Below are positions 27,991 to 35,646 of a DNA stretch of 56,075 nt, piece by piece; within the stretch, counting starts at the first letter, position 1; every line of letters starts with the position of its first letter. Below the pieces are notes generated by a model. The model searched no databases. It saw nothing but the letters and a program-made list of their open reading frames with translations, and had not been told where the DNA came from. The translations under genes and the position numbers were made by a program. Origin of the DNA: Candidatus Thorarchaeota archaeon (GTDB lineage: Archaea > Asgardarchaeota > Thorarchaeia > Thorarchaeales > Thorarchaeaceae); the NCBI GenBank assembly GCA_038893995.1, contig JAWAQK010000003.1, forward strand, positions 24,710 to 80,784, read 5' to 3'.

Positions 27991-29433
27991 TCACCTCTGA
28001 CGACCAAATCCACGTTTCAAGAAGGATGGCCAGGCGACTCCGGTCGGACTGCTTCCGATCAGCACAAGCCCTGCACCGAGGAGAGACACAACCACGAGAC
28101 CAAGCACTAGTCTGTCCGAGAACATTGCAATCATGCCGATGGCGAGCGCGGCAAAGACAAACCTCAGATACCGACCGGCTGCTTTCCCCGATCCAGACTT
28201 CTGCATACCCCTCGCAACCCATACGAAAGCAGAAACACCAGCAAGAAGGACGAAGATCACAGGTCCATAGATGTCCGAGAGCTCATACCTGCTCTCCATG
28301 ACCACAGGGTGCGCCAGTGTGAGCAGAGCTGCGATCAGCAAGACTAGGAGGTCGATGGTCAACGAAATCGCCCGTTCACTGAATGTGGATGAGAGGGCTG
28401 CCAATGAGAAGCTGAAGACGGCCACCAGGCCGATGATCCACGAGACATATAGCATGTTCGGATCCCAGTTCTGAAACTCATACATCGGCATCATGAGGGC
28501 AGTTGCCAGATCGGACGGAGCATGTGGAAGACTCCAGTTTCCGGTCATGGTCGCTATTGCCCAAGACACTGTGTGAGTTGATTCCAGAATGGACACGGCC
28601 ATGATAGTGATCGACATGAATAGTGGGCTTCTTGCTCTGGTTATGACAGCCTGGTCGACAAAGTAGCCCAGGGGAACGAGCGCAAGTACCGATGCAAATG
28701 TGCCAGCCAGGACATACGGCACGATTATCGCATCCAGAAGAGTGCCACTCATGGCGCATGCAGTCAGATTCGCCACACAGATGGTGACCGCGAGGAGCAG
28801 AGCCGAATAGGTCAGGATCATACGCCATGGTCTTCTTATTGACACTAGGATCGCTGATGCTACCACTGACGGCGCTATCAGCAATGGGAAGTACTGAAAC
28901 TGAGGCGCTGGTGGTGCAAAGATACCATAGAACTGGGAGTACCAGGATACGACAAAGAGTATCAGCAGGACAAGATTGCTCATGCTGAAGGCGGACAGGC
29001 TCCGGCGGACAAAACGGACCGAGAGCCCTGCAGTGACCAACAGCCCTGCAAACAACATGAGCGACCGTATCACCTCAAAGCCAGGAGGTGAAAGCAGGAG
29101 CATGATGATGAGATAGGCGCTCAGAGGAACGGTCAGGATTGCAACCGCCAGTCGTCTCACTCTGCTGGGTATGGCAACCTGTCCAACACCGTTCACCATG
29201 AGTAGAAAGAACATCACGACCCAGACTCTGGCCAGTTCCAGTACGAATGCGGCAAAGACTATCTGTAGACCAAGCATGAGTGTCGCCGCACCATACATGA
29301 CTAGCGCTCGTCCGGATTCTTTCGACAGAGTGGGATAGACCCTCCTCAGGACCAGCCCGTAGTGCAGGGTTGACAATGCCAGCAGGGCAAACGAGACGAG
29401 AGCCGCAGTCTGATATGCTATCTGAAAGTCCAT
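27991..29433 (-). CDS. 15-TM membrane protein, paralog B
   Basis: 15 hydrophobic segments; RALVMYG, SAFS, SIRRPWR, PLFM, HTVSW, YVSW, GSGKAAGR. Confidence 0.85.
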   Translation of the reverse strand: MDFQIAYQTAALVSFALLALSTLHYGLVLRRVYPTLSKESGRALVMYGAATLMLGLQIVFAAFVLELARVWVVMFFLLMVNGVGQVAIPSRVRRLAVAILTVPLSAYLIIMLLLSPPGFEVIRSLMLFAGLLVTAGLSVRFVRRSLSAFSMSNLVLLILFVVSWYSQFYGIFAPPAPQFQYFPLLIAPSVVASAILVSIRRPWRMILTYSALLLAVTICVANLTACAMSGTLLDAIIVPYVLAGTFASVLALVPLGYFVDQAVITRARSPLFMSITIMAVSILESTHTVSWAIATMTGNWSLPHAPSDLATALMMPMYEFQNWDPNMLYVSWIIGLVAVFSFSLAALSSTFSERAISLTIDLLVLLIAALLTLAHPVVMESRYELSDIYGPVIFVLLAGVSAFVWVARGMQKSGSGKAAGRYLRFVFAALAIGMIAMFSDRLVLGLVVVSLLGAGLVLIGSSPTGVAWPSFLKRGFGRQR

Positions 29434-29441
29434 CGGAATGG

Positions 29442-29816
29442 CTACCTCCAGAGGTCTCCGATCTCCTTTCCCTTCTGGGAGAGAATGTCTTCTGCTGCAG
29501 CAGCGAGGTCATTCTGCTCCTCCTGAGCCCTCCTGTACAGCGCTTGGAGGGCGTCGCCAGTCTCTCGTTCTCCGTCTCCCTCGCATATGAACACGGTTCG
29601 GTCTCGCAGAATATAACCAATGACACCCGTTTCAGCCTTCATGAACATGGGTTGACCGCTAGTGGTCCTGCTACCCGCCCGTTCTAATGCCGATGACACC
29701 AACTGGGTCACACCAGTCAGCAGCGCGATTCTCTGGTCATTAGATCCCTCGCGAGGGTAGAGTATGTCTGAGTTCATTGTATCAAGCTCGACGCGAGCAA
29801 TCAGTCGGATGACCAT
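29442..29816 (-). CDS. Longin-fold protein, module copy 2
   Basis: 124 aa, beta-beta-alpha-beta-beta-beta-alpha-alpha pattern. Paralog of 32203-32574 (ARVELD, LYPRE, ALL.GV.QL, FMK..TGVIGY, EIG.LW). Confidence 0.7.
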   Translation of the reverse strand: MVIRLIARVELDTMNSDILYPREGSNDQRIALLTGVTQLVSSALERAGSRTTSGQPMFMKAETGVIGYILRDRTVFICEGDGERETGDALQALYRRAQEEQNDLAAAAEDILSQKGKEIGDLWR

Positions 29817-29819
29817 CTC

Positions 29820-30089
29820 TCAGTTACCTCCAAACGCGGATCGTATCCAGTCAATCTCCTGTCCCTTCTTGGCACCGGTCCTGACTGCAACATTGACATC
29901 CCTGACAGCAAGACCCTTCTCAGTGAGGTAGACCGTTACCAAGAGTTCGTGCCCCTTCTCACACTTGGTGATCACTGTGGGGGACCGACCCTCACTCTTT
30001 ATTCTTGCCTTGAGGGTTTCTGCTTCCTCTGTCGACAGTCGGAGGAATGCAGGTCCTCTGCACTCGGGACACGAGAATCGGAGCTCCAA
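29820..30089 (-). CDS. Small Zn-ribbon protein (CxxC...CxxGH), module copy 2
   Basis: FSCPEC, EGRSP, KCEKGHELLVTV, DWIRSAFGG. TTG start. Confidence 0.8.
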   Translation of the reverse strand: MELRFSCPECRGPAFLRLSTEEAETLKARIKSEGRSPTVITKCEKGHELLVTVYLTEKGLAVRDVNVAVRTGAKKGQEIDWIRSAFGGN

Positions 30090-30159
30090 CTACATCACCG
30101 CGAATGCACTGACACTTGGCTGGGATATAGAGATTGCCTGTGCATACCCGATCAATCGA

Positions 30160-30729
30160 TCAGTCATTTCCGTTGATCACCGGTACGCTGCGGAATCGCT
30201 CGACCTTCGACATAAAGTCACGTTCAAGCTCCTGAAAGCCCACGCCTGTCTTTGCTGAGATGATGTGACCTGTCATCCCGTATCTCTTGACGAACGTAGC
30301 CATCTCATTGGCCACCCCGTCTAGCGCATCCGGCCCAAGGAGATCGGCCTTGTTCCCTACTACTATGAATCGTGCACCGTCACTTCCCCTGGGTTTCAGG
30401 TTGCTGTTCTCCTCAATCGCACCGAGCCAGAAGTTTTCCAGGCTATCGAGGGTCTGAAGTTTCGAAACATCGAAGAAGAGTAGACCAAGTGAAGCACCCC
30501 TTATCATGGTCTTCATGTGGTCAATGAACCTTGACTGGCCGCCAAAGTCCCATATGGAGAGCGTGACATCCGAGCCGTCACCGAGGCTGACCTTCTTGGT
30601 GTCGAAAGAGGCGCCTATAGTTGTGCGAAGATATGCGGGGTTTGGGAAATTTCCTGTCGTATAGCGCTTGGTGAAGGAAGTCTTCCCGCACTCAGTGTCT
30701 CCAAGCACGCACACCTTCAAGATAGTCAT
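30160..30729 (-). CDS. Small GTPase (Rab/Roc-like), module copy 1
   Basis: GDTECGKTS, RTTIGASF, WDFGGQ, LLFFDVS, NKAD, ISAK. Close paralog of 25987-26529. Confidence 0.92.
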   Translation of the reverse strand: MTILKVCVLGDTECGKTSFTKRYTTGNFPNPAYLRTTIGASFDTKKVSLGDGSDVTLSIWDFGGQSRFIDHMKTMIRGASLGLLFFDVSKLQTLDSLENFWLGAIEENSNLKPRGSDGARFIVVGNKADLLGPDALDGVANEMATFVKRYGMTGHIISAKTGVGFQELERDFMSKVERFRSVPVINGND

Positions 30730-30738
30730 TGATGTACA

Positions 30739-32187
30739 TCACCACCTGATTGCACCATCCTCGGTCACACCCAACTCGCTCAGCTCATCCAGCCTGCGGA
30801 CCGCCCTCTGGACCCTGGCAACAAACCACGGGCTTGCAGCAATCGTGAAGAGACCGCCGAAGAAGTATATCGCAGCCAACAACAGGTCGAATCCTATTTG
30901 AGAGCTCCAGACGGACACTACGATCATGATGAACGCAGAGAGCTGGAAGAGGACTAGTCTCTGTGCAGCTCTCTGGGCGCCTCTCTTGGAAAATCTGTAG
31001 AAGACGTACATCATCATAGGGAAGGACAAGATAACACCGAATGTGACTGCGCCGTTGACGAGCAATCTCTCTGCTGTGGCAGATAGTCCAGCTATGGCGA
31101 CAAAGGGGAGTGCTACGACGCTTATGGCCGTAGGAATCATCGTGGAAACTACGATGGAGGGAACATGCCACCAGGCCGAGAGAGCGACGTTAACATAGGC
31201 CATGAAGAAACATGAGATGGTCACTGCTGTTGTTACCACCACAAACCACTCGAGATACGGTAGTGACCCGGCGAGTGTTGGGTCGAATCTGATCGAGACC
31301 TGTAACATCCAGACCAGTGAATGCATGATGAGCACCAGGGCCGACCCCGCACTACCAGCGCCTAGGTACGCGGGCGTCCGGGAACCGGAGGATGCCGCTT
31401 GCCGGAAGAAGTAGTCCGTTGACAATAGCAGTGCGGCGATCGCAAAGATCTGGAATCCGACTACCAACCATACCGAGAAGTCGCCAATGGTCGGAACGAA
31501 CAGGGACACTAAGAATATGGACAGGCAGACTGATACAAGATAGGTTATCAGGAAAAGCAGTATGGTGACCCTCCTGGGTTGACGCAGAGAGCCGAGCACG
31601 GCACCCATCAGTGCCAGAGGGAATATCTGCACTGGAAATATCTCAACTGGGGATGTCGAACCTTCGATAGATATCAAGTACGTCACCGGAAATAGCGAGA
31701 TGAGGGCCACGAGGGAACCCGAGAATACCGAGGGTAACCCGAAGACTGCTCTCAGGGCACCAACAAAACATGCTATCGCTAGCAGGATGAGCAAAGACTG
31801 AGCCAAGATCACACCATGAAGGAACGAGAGCCTGGCAAGGACGTACTCTACAGCCAGAATGACCAGCAGGACAGCTACCGATAGACGACCTGTCCTGACT
31901 GAGAAGGACGGACGGAGTACGTGCAGTTCGCTGGTCAGCGTCAGGACCAGAAATGCGGCACCCATGGTCGTGACAAATTCAGACACTCCGACAAGTCGAC
32001 CCATCACTATCATGAGGCTCAACACAAGACATGCTCCACCAAAGTATCTCAGGGCATAACGAGTTGCGGCGGAGATGGCCTCTGTTGCCCGGGTCCTCTT
32101 TATGAATACCGCGAGTGAAACCAGCACTGACAATAACGCCAGTAGAAGCCCCAGAGAGATAACAGTACTTATCGCCTCACTGTTCAT
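30739..32187 (-). CDS. 15-TM membrane protein, paralog A
   Basis: 15 hydrophobic segments with basic loops after odd-numbered helices; ALRYFG, PSVFS, SLRQPRR, PAYL, HSLVW, YLEW, GAQRAAQR. RBS aggagg upstream. Confidence 0.85.
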   Translation of the reverse strand: MNSEAISTVISLGLLLALLSVLVSLAVFIKRTRATEAISAATRYALRYFGGACLVLSLMIVMGRLVGVSEFVTTMGAAFLVLTLTSELHVLRPSFSVRTGRLSVAVLLVILAVEYVLARLSFLHGVILAQSLLILLAIACFVGALRAVFGLPSVFSGSLVALISLFPVTYLISIEGSTSPVEIFPVQIFPLALMGAVLGSLRQPRRVTILLFLITYLVSVCLSIFLVSLFVPTIGDFSVWLVVGFQIFAIAALLLSTDYFFRQAASSGSRTPAYLGAGSAGSALVLIMHSLVWMLQVSIRFDPTLAGSLPYLEWFVVVTTAVTISCFFMAYVNVALSAWWHVPSIVVSTMIPTAISVVALPFVAIAGLSATAERLLVNGAVTFGVILSFPMMMYVFYRFSKRGAQRAAQRLVLFQLSAFIMIVVSVWSSQIGFDLLLAAIYFFGGLFTIAASPWFVARVQRAVRRLDELSELGVTEDGAIRW

Positions 32188-32202
32188 TCGTGTCTACCTC
32201 CT

Positions 32203-32574
32203 CTATCCCCACAGACTGCCAATTTCCGAACCTGGCCGATTTAGTGACTCCTCAATTGCCTTGATTATCTCAGACTCTTCTGCGTTTCTCATATCCAGTA
32301 CGAGGTTGAGTATGTCCCTGGCCTCTCTCTCGTCATCGGCCTCACTGAAGAACACAGTATTTCGCGTCTGGGCATAGCCGATGACGCCAGTACCGGACTT
32401 CATGAAGTGTACCCTGTTCTCTGCATTCTCTCCCATCTGTGCAAGTGCGGCCTGGATCAGTTGTACAACGCCTGCCAGTAGGGCCACTCTCTCCTCGTTG
32501 TCTACCTCGCGAGGATAAAGCTCATGTGCCTTCATTGCGTCCAGTTCAACGCGCGCCACGAAACGAACCGTCAC
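32203..32574 (-). CDS. Longin-fold protein, module copy 1
   Basis: 123 aa: VRFVARVE / HELYP / helix / VHFMKS / VIGYAQ / TVFFSEA / two helices. GTGA overlap with the upstream Zn-ribbon gene. Confidence 0.7.
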   Translation of the reverse strand: MTVRFVARVELDAMKAHELYPREVDNEERVALLAGVVQLIQAALAQMGENAENRVHFMKSGTGVIGYAQTRNTVFFSEADDEREARDILNLVLDMRNAEESEIIKAIEESLNRPGSEIGSLWG

Positions 32575-32852
32575 AGGTCTTCACCACCAAATGCCTTCAT
32601 CAGCCACTCGTCGTCTTTCTTGCCAGTCTCCTTTCTCTGCGGGACTGCCACGTCTCTGATGCACAGACCCTTGCCGGATGGGACCGTACTGACAGTAACA
32701 AGGATCTCGTGTCCGTTCTCACACTTGACTATGAGAGGCGGCGACCTACCTTCCTTCTGGATCCTCGACAGAATCCTTTGTGCCTCGTCATCCTCGATCT
32801 CGAGGACTGCCGATACCTTGCACTCGGGACATCTGAACACCAGTCGTACCAA
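32571..32852 (-). CDS. Small Zn-ribbon protein (CxxC...CxxGH), module copy 1
   Basis: FRCPEC, EGRSP, KCENGHEILVTV, EWLMKAFGG. TTG at 32852 aligns with the paralog's start; the ORF-track start at 32927 is probably too early. Confidence 0.8.
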   Translation of the reverse strand: MVRLVFRCPECKVSAVLEIEDDEAQRILSRIQKEGRSPPLIVKCENGHEILVTVSTVPSGKGLCIRDVAVPQRKETGKKDDEWLMKAFGGEDL

Positions 32853-32899
32853 CGATCCCACGTCCCTGTTATCTGCGCGAGACTGCCACGTCCAATCCA

Positions 32900-33060
32900 T
32901 TATTAAGTCTACTCGTGGGCAATCCATGCTATCGACTAGACATCAGGTTATTAAGATTTGTTTAATATCACTAGGTGCGTATCAGAACTGTAGACCAAAT
33001 GACTTGTGTCCATAGACAGTCCGATGCCAAGTGTCAGATTGACAAGTATTAAATCAGCTT
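32900..33060. promoter_or_regulatory. AT-rich divergent promoter region between the GTPase module and the TrxB-like operon
   Basis: Several TATA-like boxes (ttattaag, tttaatat, gtattaaat) in an otherwise GC-rich sequence between divergent genes. Confidence 0.5.
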
Positions 33061-33085
33061 TAGATTCAGAGCATATTGCAAGGAC

Positions 33086-34093
33086 ATGACAGATATCTAC
33101 GACTGCATCGTCGTAGGCGGAGGACCTGCAGGATGTTCAGCAGCGCTTCATCTTGCCTACCACGACAGGAGGGTGTTGGTGCTCGATAGGGGCACAAGTC
33201 CCATGCACTTTCACACCAACACTATCATGAACTTCCTCGGTGGTCCAACATACCACGAGGGACGCACTCTGTTACGCCAGATGCAAGGACTCGCAAGGGC
33301 TGCGGGAGCTAGGCTCGTCAACGCCAACGTAGTCGAGGTGTCAGGGACCTGCCCAGACTTCGTGGTGAGAACCGACAAGAGCTACCGCACCAACGACAGG
33401 TCAACATACCGCGCGAAGACACTCATATTTGCGACAGGGACCGCAAGGAAACATCCCAGAGTAAATGGGTCCTGGAGACAATGGCTTCCGGTCGCAAACG
33501 CCGGGAACTCAGCCTTCTACTGTCCTGACTGTGAGGCACCCCTATGTCGTGACAAGAAAGTACTGGTCGTAAACGCAGGCACAGTGGGGAGTGCCCTACA
33601 TGTGGCCAATTCGCTGACCCGCTTCACGAACTCAATAGAGATACTCATGACAGAGGATGCTTACGTTCCCATAGAGTCCCAAGACCTCAGCAGGCTTGAC
33701 GACTCGCCATACGTGTGGTACAGAGGAAAGATCAAGGCTGTCGACTATTCCCAGCCAGGTCAGAGACAATCGGTATTGCTTGAGTCAGGAGAAAAGCTCA
33801 AGTGTCAGGTGTTCTTTGTCGCTCACGTCGCCGAGGCCAGATCGGAGTTGGCCAGGACGTTAGGAGTCCAGGTGGACCAGAGAGGGAACATCTTGACGGA
33901 CCACCGCGGAAAGACCAATATCGAGGGAATCTGGGCAGCGGGTGATGTCAGGCCGGTCACGCAGCAGGTGGCTTTCGCAATTGGGACGGGCAATTACGCT
34001 GCTCTGATGGTCAACCAGTACCTCGGCAACGAACATGAGTCCAGAGGCGAGTTTGATCATCCAGACTGTCGGAGCCCACTGTTCATGGGGTAG
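33086..34093 (+). CDS. TrxB-like FAD-dependent disulfide oxidoreductase
   Basis: GGGPAG, FATG, FYCPDCE, GIWAAGDV. The NAD(P)H-binding loop is atypical (NAGTVGSA). Confidence 0.85.
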   Translation: MTDIYDCIVVGGGPAGCSAALHLAYHDRRVLVLDRGTSPMHFHTNTIMNFLGGPTYHEGRTLLRQMQGLARAAGARLVNANVVEVSGTCPDFVVRTDKSYRTNDRSTYRAKTLIFATGTARKHPRVNGSWRQWLPVANAGNSAFYCPDCEAPLCRDKKVLVVNAGTVGSALHVANSLTRFTNSIEILMTEDAYVPIESQDLSRLDDSPYVWYRGKIKAVDYSQPGQRQSVLLESGEKLKCQVFFVAHVAEARSELARTLGVQVDQRGNILTDHRGKTNIEGIWAAGDVRPVTQQVAFAIGTGNYAALMVNQYLGNEHESRGEFDHPDCRSPLFMG

Positions 34094-34184
34094 CAGTGCG
34101 GACCAAGACGCGTGGCCCGTGAGGACTCAAGCGAATGCTTAAATACACGGCCTGGTTAAACATCGTTAAGGGTGAGGAGATAGA

Positions 34185-34658
34185 ATGACCAGCACCACTG
34201 GAAGCATCAGAGAAACTGTGATGAGACAGATCGAGATCGAGAAGAGCATCATTCAGCAGATACTGCAGGCCGAAAAAGAGGCAGAAGACACCGCAGTCAA
34301 ACTTGTGTATACTGATGTGAGGATGGACAGCGAGAAGCATGTCAGGTTCTTGGAAGTACTACTCGAGCTGATGGACAAGACTCCCTGTGATGAATGGAGT
34401 GCAAAGATCGATCGCTACATAGACAGAGTGAAGCTTGAGAGGACGCTGCAGTCCATGAAACAGAAGGAGAACGAGATGTCCGAACTATCCGAGAAACTCG
34501 TTGAGATGATCAACGACCCTCTCGGGCGGTTTCTCGTGACTCACCTGTCTGAAGACGAGAAGAGGCACGAGTCCGACCTAGAGGAACTCATCAAGTTGGT
34601 CAAGACAGCACCGCTGCAGCCAAAGCGGGCAAAGAAAGGTTCAGACATCAAGTGTTAG
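34185..34658 (+). CDS. Ferritin-like four-helix-bundle protein
   Basis: QIEIE..DSEKH and E..DEKRH. Same family pattern as 25474-25950. Confidence 0.75.
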   Translation: MTSTTGSIRETVMRQIEIEKSIIQQILQAEKEAEDTAVKLVYTDVRMDSEKHVRFLEVLLELMDKTPCDEWSAKIDRYIDRVKLERTLQSMKQKENEMSELSEKLVEMINDPLGRFLVTHLSEDEKRHESDLEELIKLVKTAPLQPKRAKKGSDIKC

Positions 34659-34692
34659 CTGAGAACAGGGAAGACCTGGAGAGTGCAGGTAA

Positions 34693-35166
34693 ATGCCGAC
34701 TCTCAGTGATATTGATCACAATGCCCCATCGTGTACCGAGTACATAGAGAGGATGTCGCCGGTCTACCGGGGTGGCTACACCAGGTTCGCACAGGACTAT
34801 GTCCTGAAGACAGAGGCGGTGAAGAAGCTCGAGGAGTGCGTGCGGGACTACACCATCGTGGTCCTCTTTGCCGACTGGTGCGGGGATGCCAGGAGGGTGG
34901 TCCCGGTCCTCTCACTGCTGGAAAAGAGGCTGGGGATAAAGGTGATCGCGCTTGGAGGTATGACCAAACCTCCGTATGGCTCGACAGAGCTCTGGCAGGT
35001 GCCTCCAAGCCCAAGAGAGGTCAACATCTTTGGCGTGACTGCAAGTCCTACTATAATCGTCTTTGACAAGTCAGGCGAGGAGGTGGGACGAATGAGGACT
35101 AGGCCCAGGATGGCGAAGACAGTAGAGGAGGAGATCCTCAAGATAATAGAATCGGGTGGTCACTAG
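34693..35166 (+). CDS. Thioredoxin-family protein (WCGD monothiol)
   Basis: FADWCGDARRVVP, cis-Pro PTIIVFD..G.EVGR. Confidence 0.8.
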   Translation: MPTLSDIDHNAPSCTEYIERMSPVYRGGYTRFAQDYVLKTEAVKKLEECVRDYTIVVLFADWCGDARRVVPVLSLLEKRLGIKVIALGGMTKPPYGSTELWQVPPSPREVNIFGVTASPTIIVFDKSGEEVGRMRTRPRMAKTVEEEILKIIESGGH

Positions 35167-35171
35167 GATCC

Positions 35172-35588
35172 TCACTGGGGGTCCTGTGGACATCCGCCAC
35201 ACCGCTCTGGCTGCATCACGGGACAGGTCCTCACATGGGGTCCACCATGCTTCAGGCCCCACTGACGCATCCGATCGAGTATGTCTCTCAGGTCATTTCC
35301 TCTATCGGTGAGTGCGTAGTACACGTTGGTAGTAGGGCCCGACGAGTCTACTGTCCTCGTCAATAGACCCTCTGCCTCCAGGTCCCTCAGATGTTCTGTC
35401 AACACCTTCCTGCTCACCCATCCCATACGCTGGTGGATGTCAGTGAATCTGATACCACGGGGATCTGAGGCTGCCATCAGACCCTGGAGTACAAGGATAG
35501 TCCACCTCCTCTTGAGAATGGAGAGTGTCCTGAAGACTGGACATGCCTCTACAAGGGCCCTATCATCGGTAGATACGGGATGTGTCAT
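35172..35588 (-). CDS. HxlR/MarR-type winged-helix transcriptional regulator
   Basis: CPV..TL.IL..RWTILVL, RFTDI, VSRKVLTEHLRDLEAEGLL.R, YALTDRG..L, QWG. Confidence 0.9.
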   Translation of the reverse strand: MTHPVSTDDRALVEACPVFRTLSILKRRWTILVLQGLMAASDPRGIRFTDIHQRMGWVSRKVLTEHLRDLEAEGLLTRTVDSSGPTTNVYYALTDRGNDLRDILDRMRQWGLKHGGPHVRTCPVMQPERCGGCPQDPQ

Positions 35589-35646
35589 ATCGATACTCTC
35601 AATAAATGCCCAAGTACGTGGATAAATCTCTTGTCAGATGCGGGCC

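Noticed and set aside
22341-30729. Split Roco system (LRR protein plus WDFGGQ Roc-like GTPases)
   Set aside because: No COR domain is present, and the LRR gene is on the other strand, separated by redox genes.
26592-32187. 15-TM proteins as rhodopsins or MFS transporters
   Set aside because: There is no conserved retinal-binding Lys in helix 7 or 15, no MFS motif A, and the TM count is odd.
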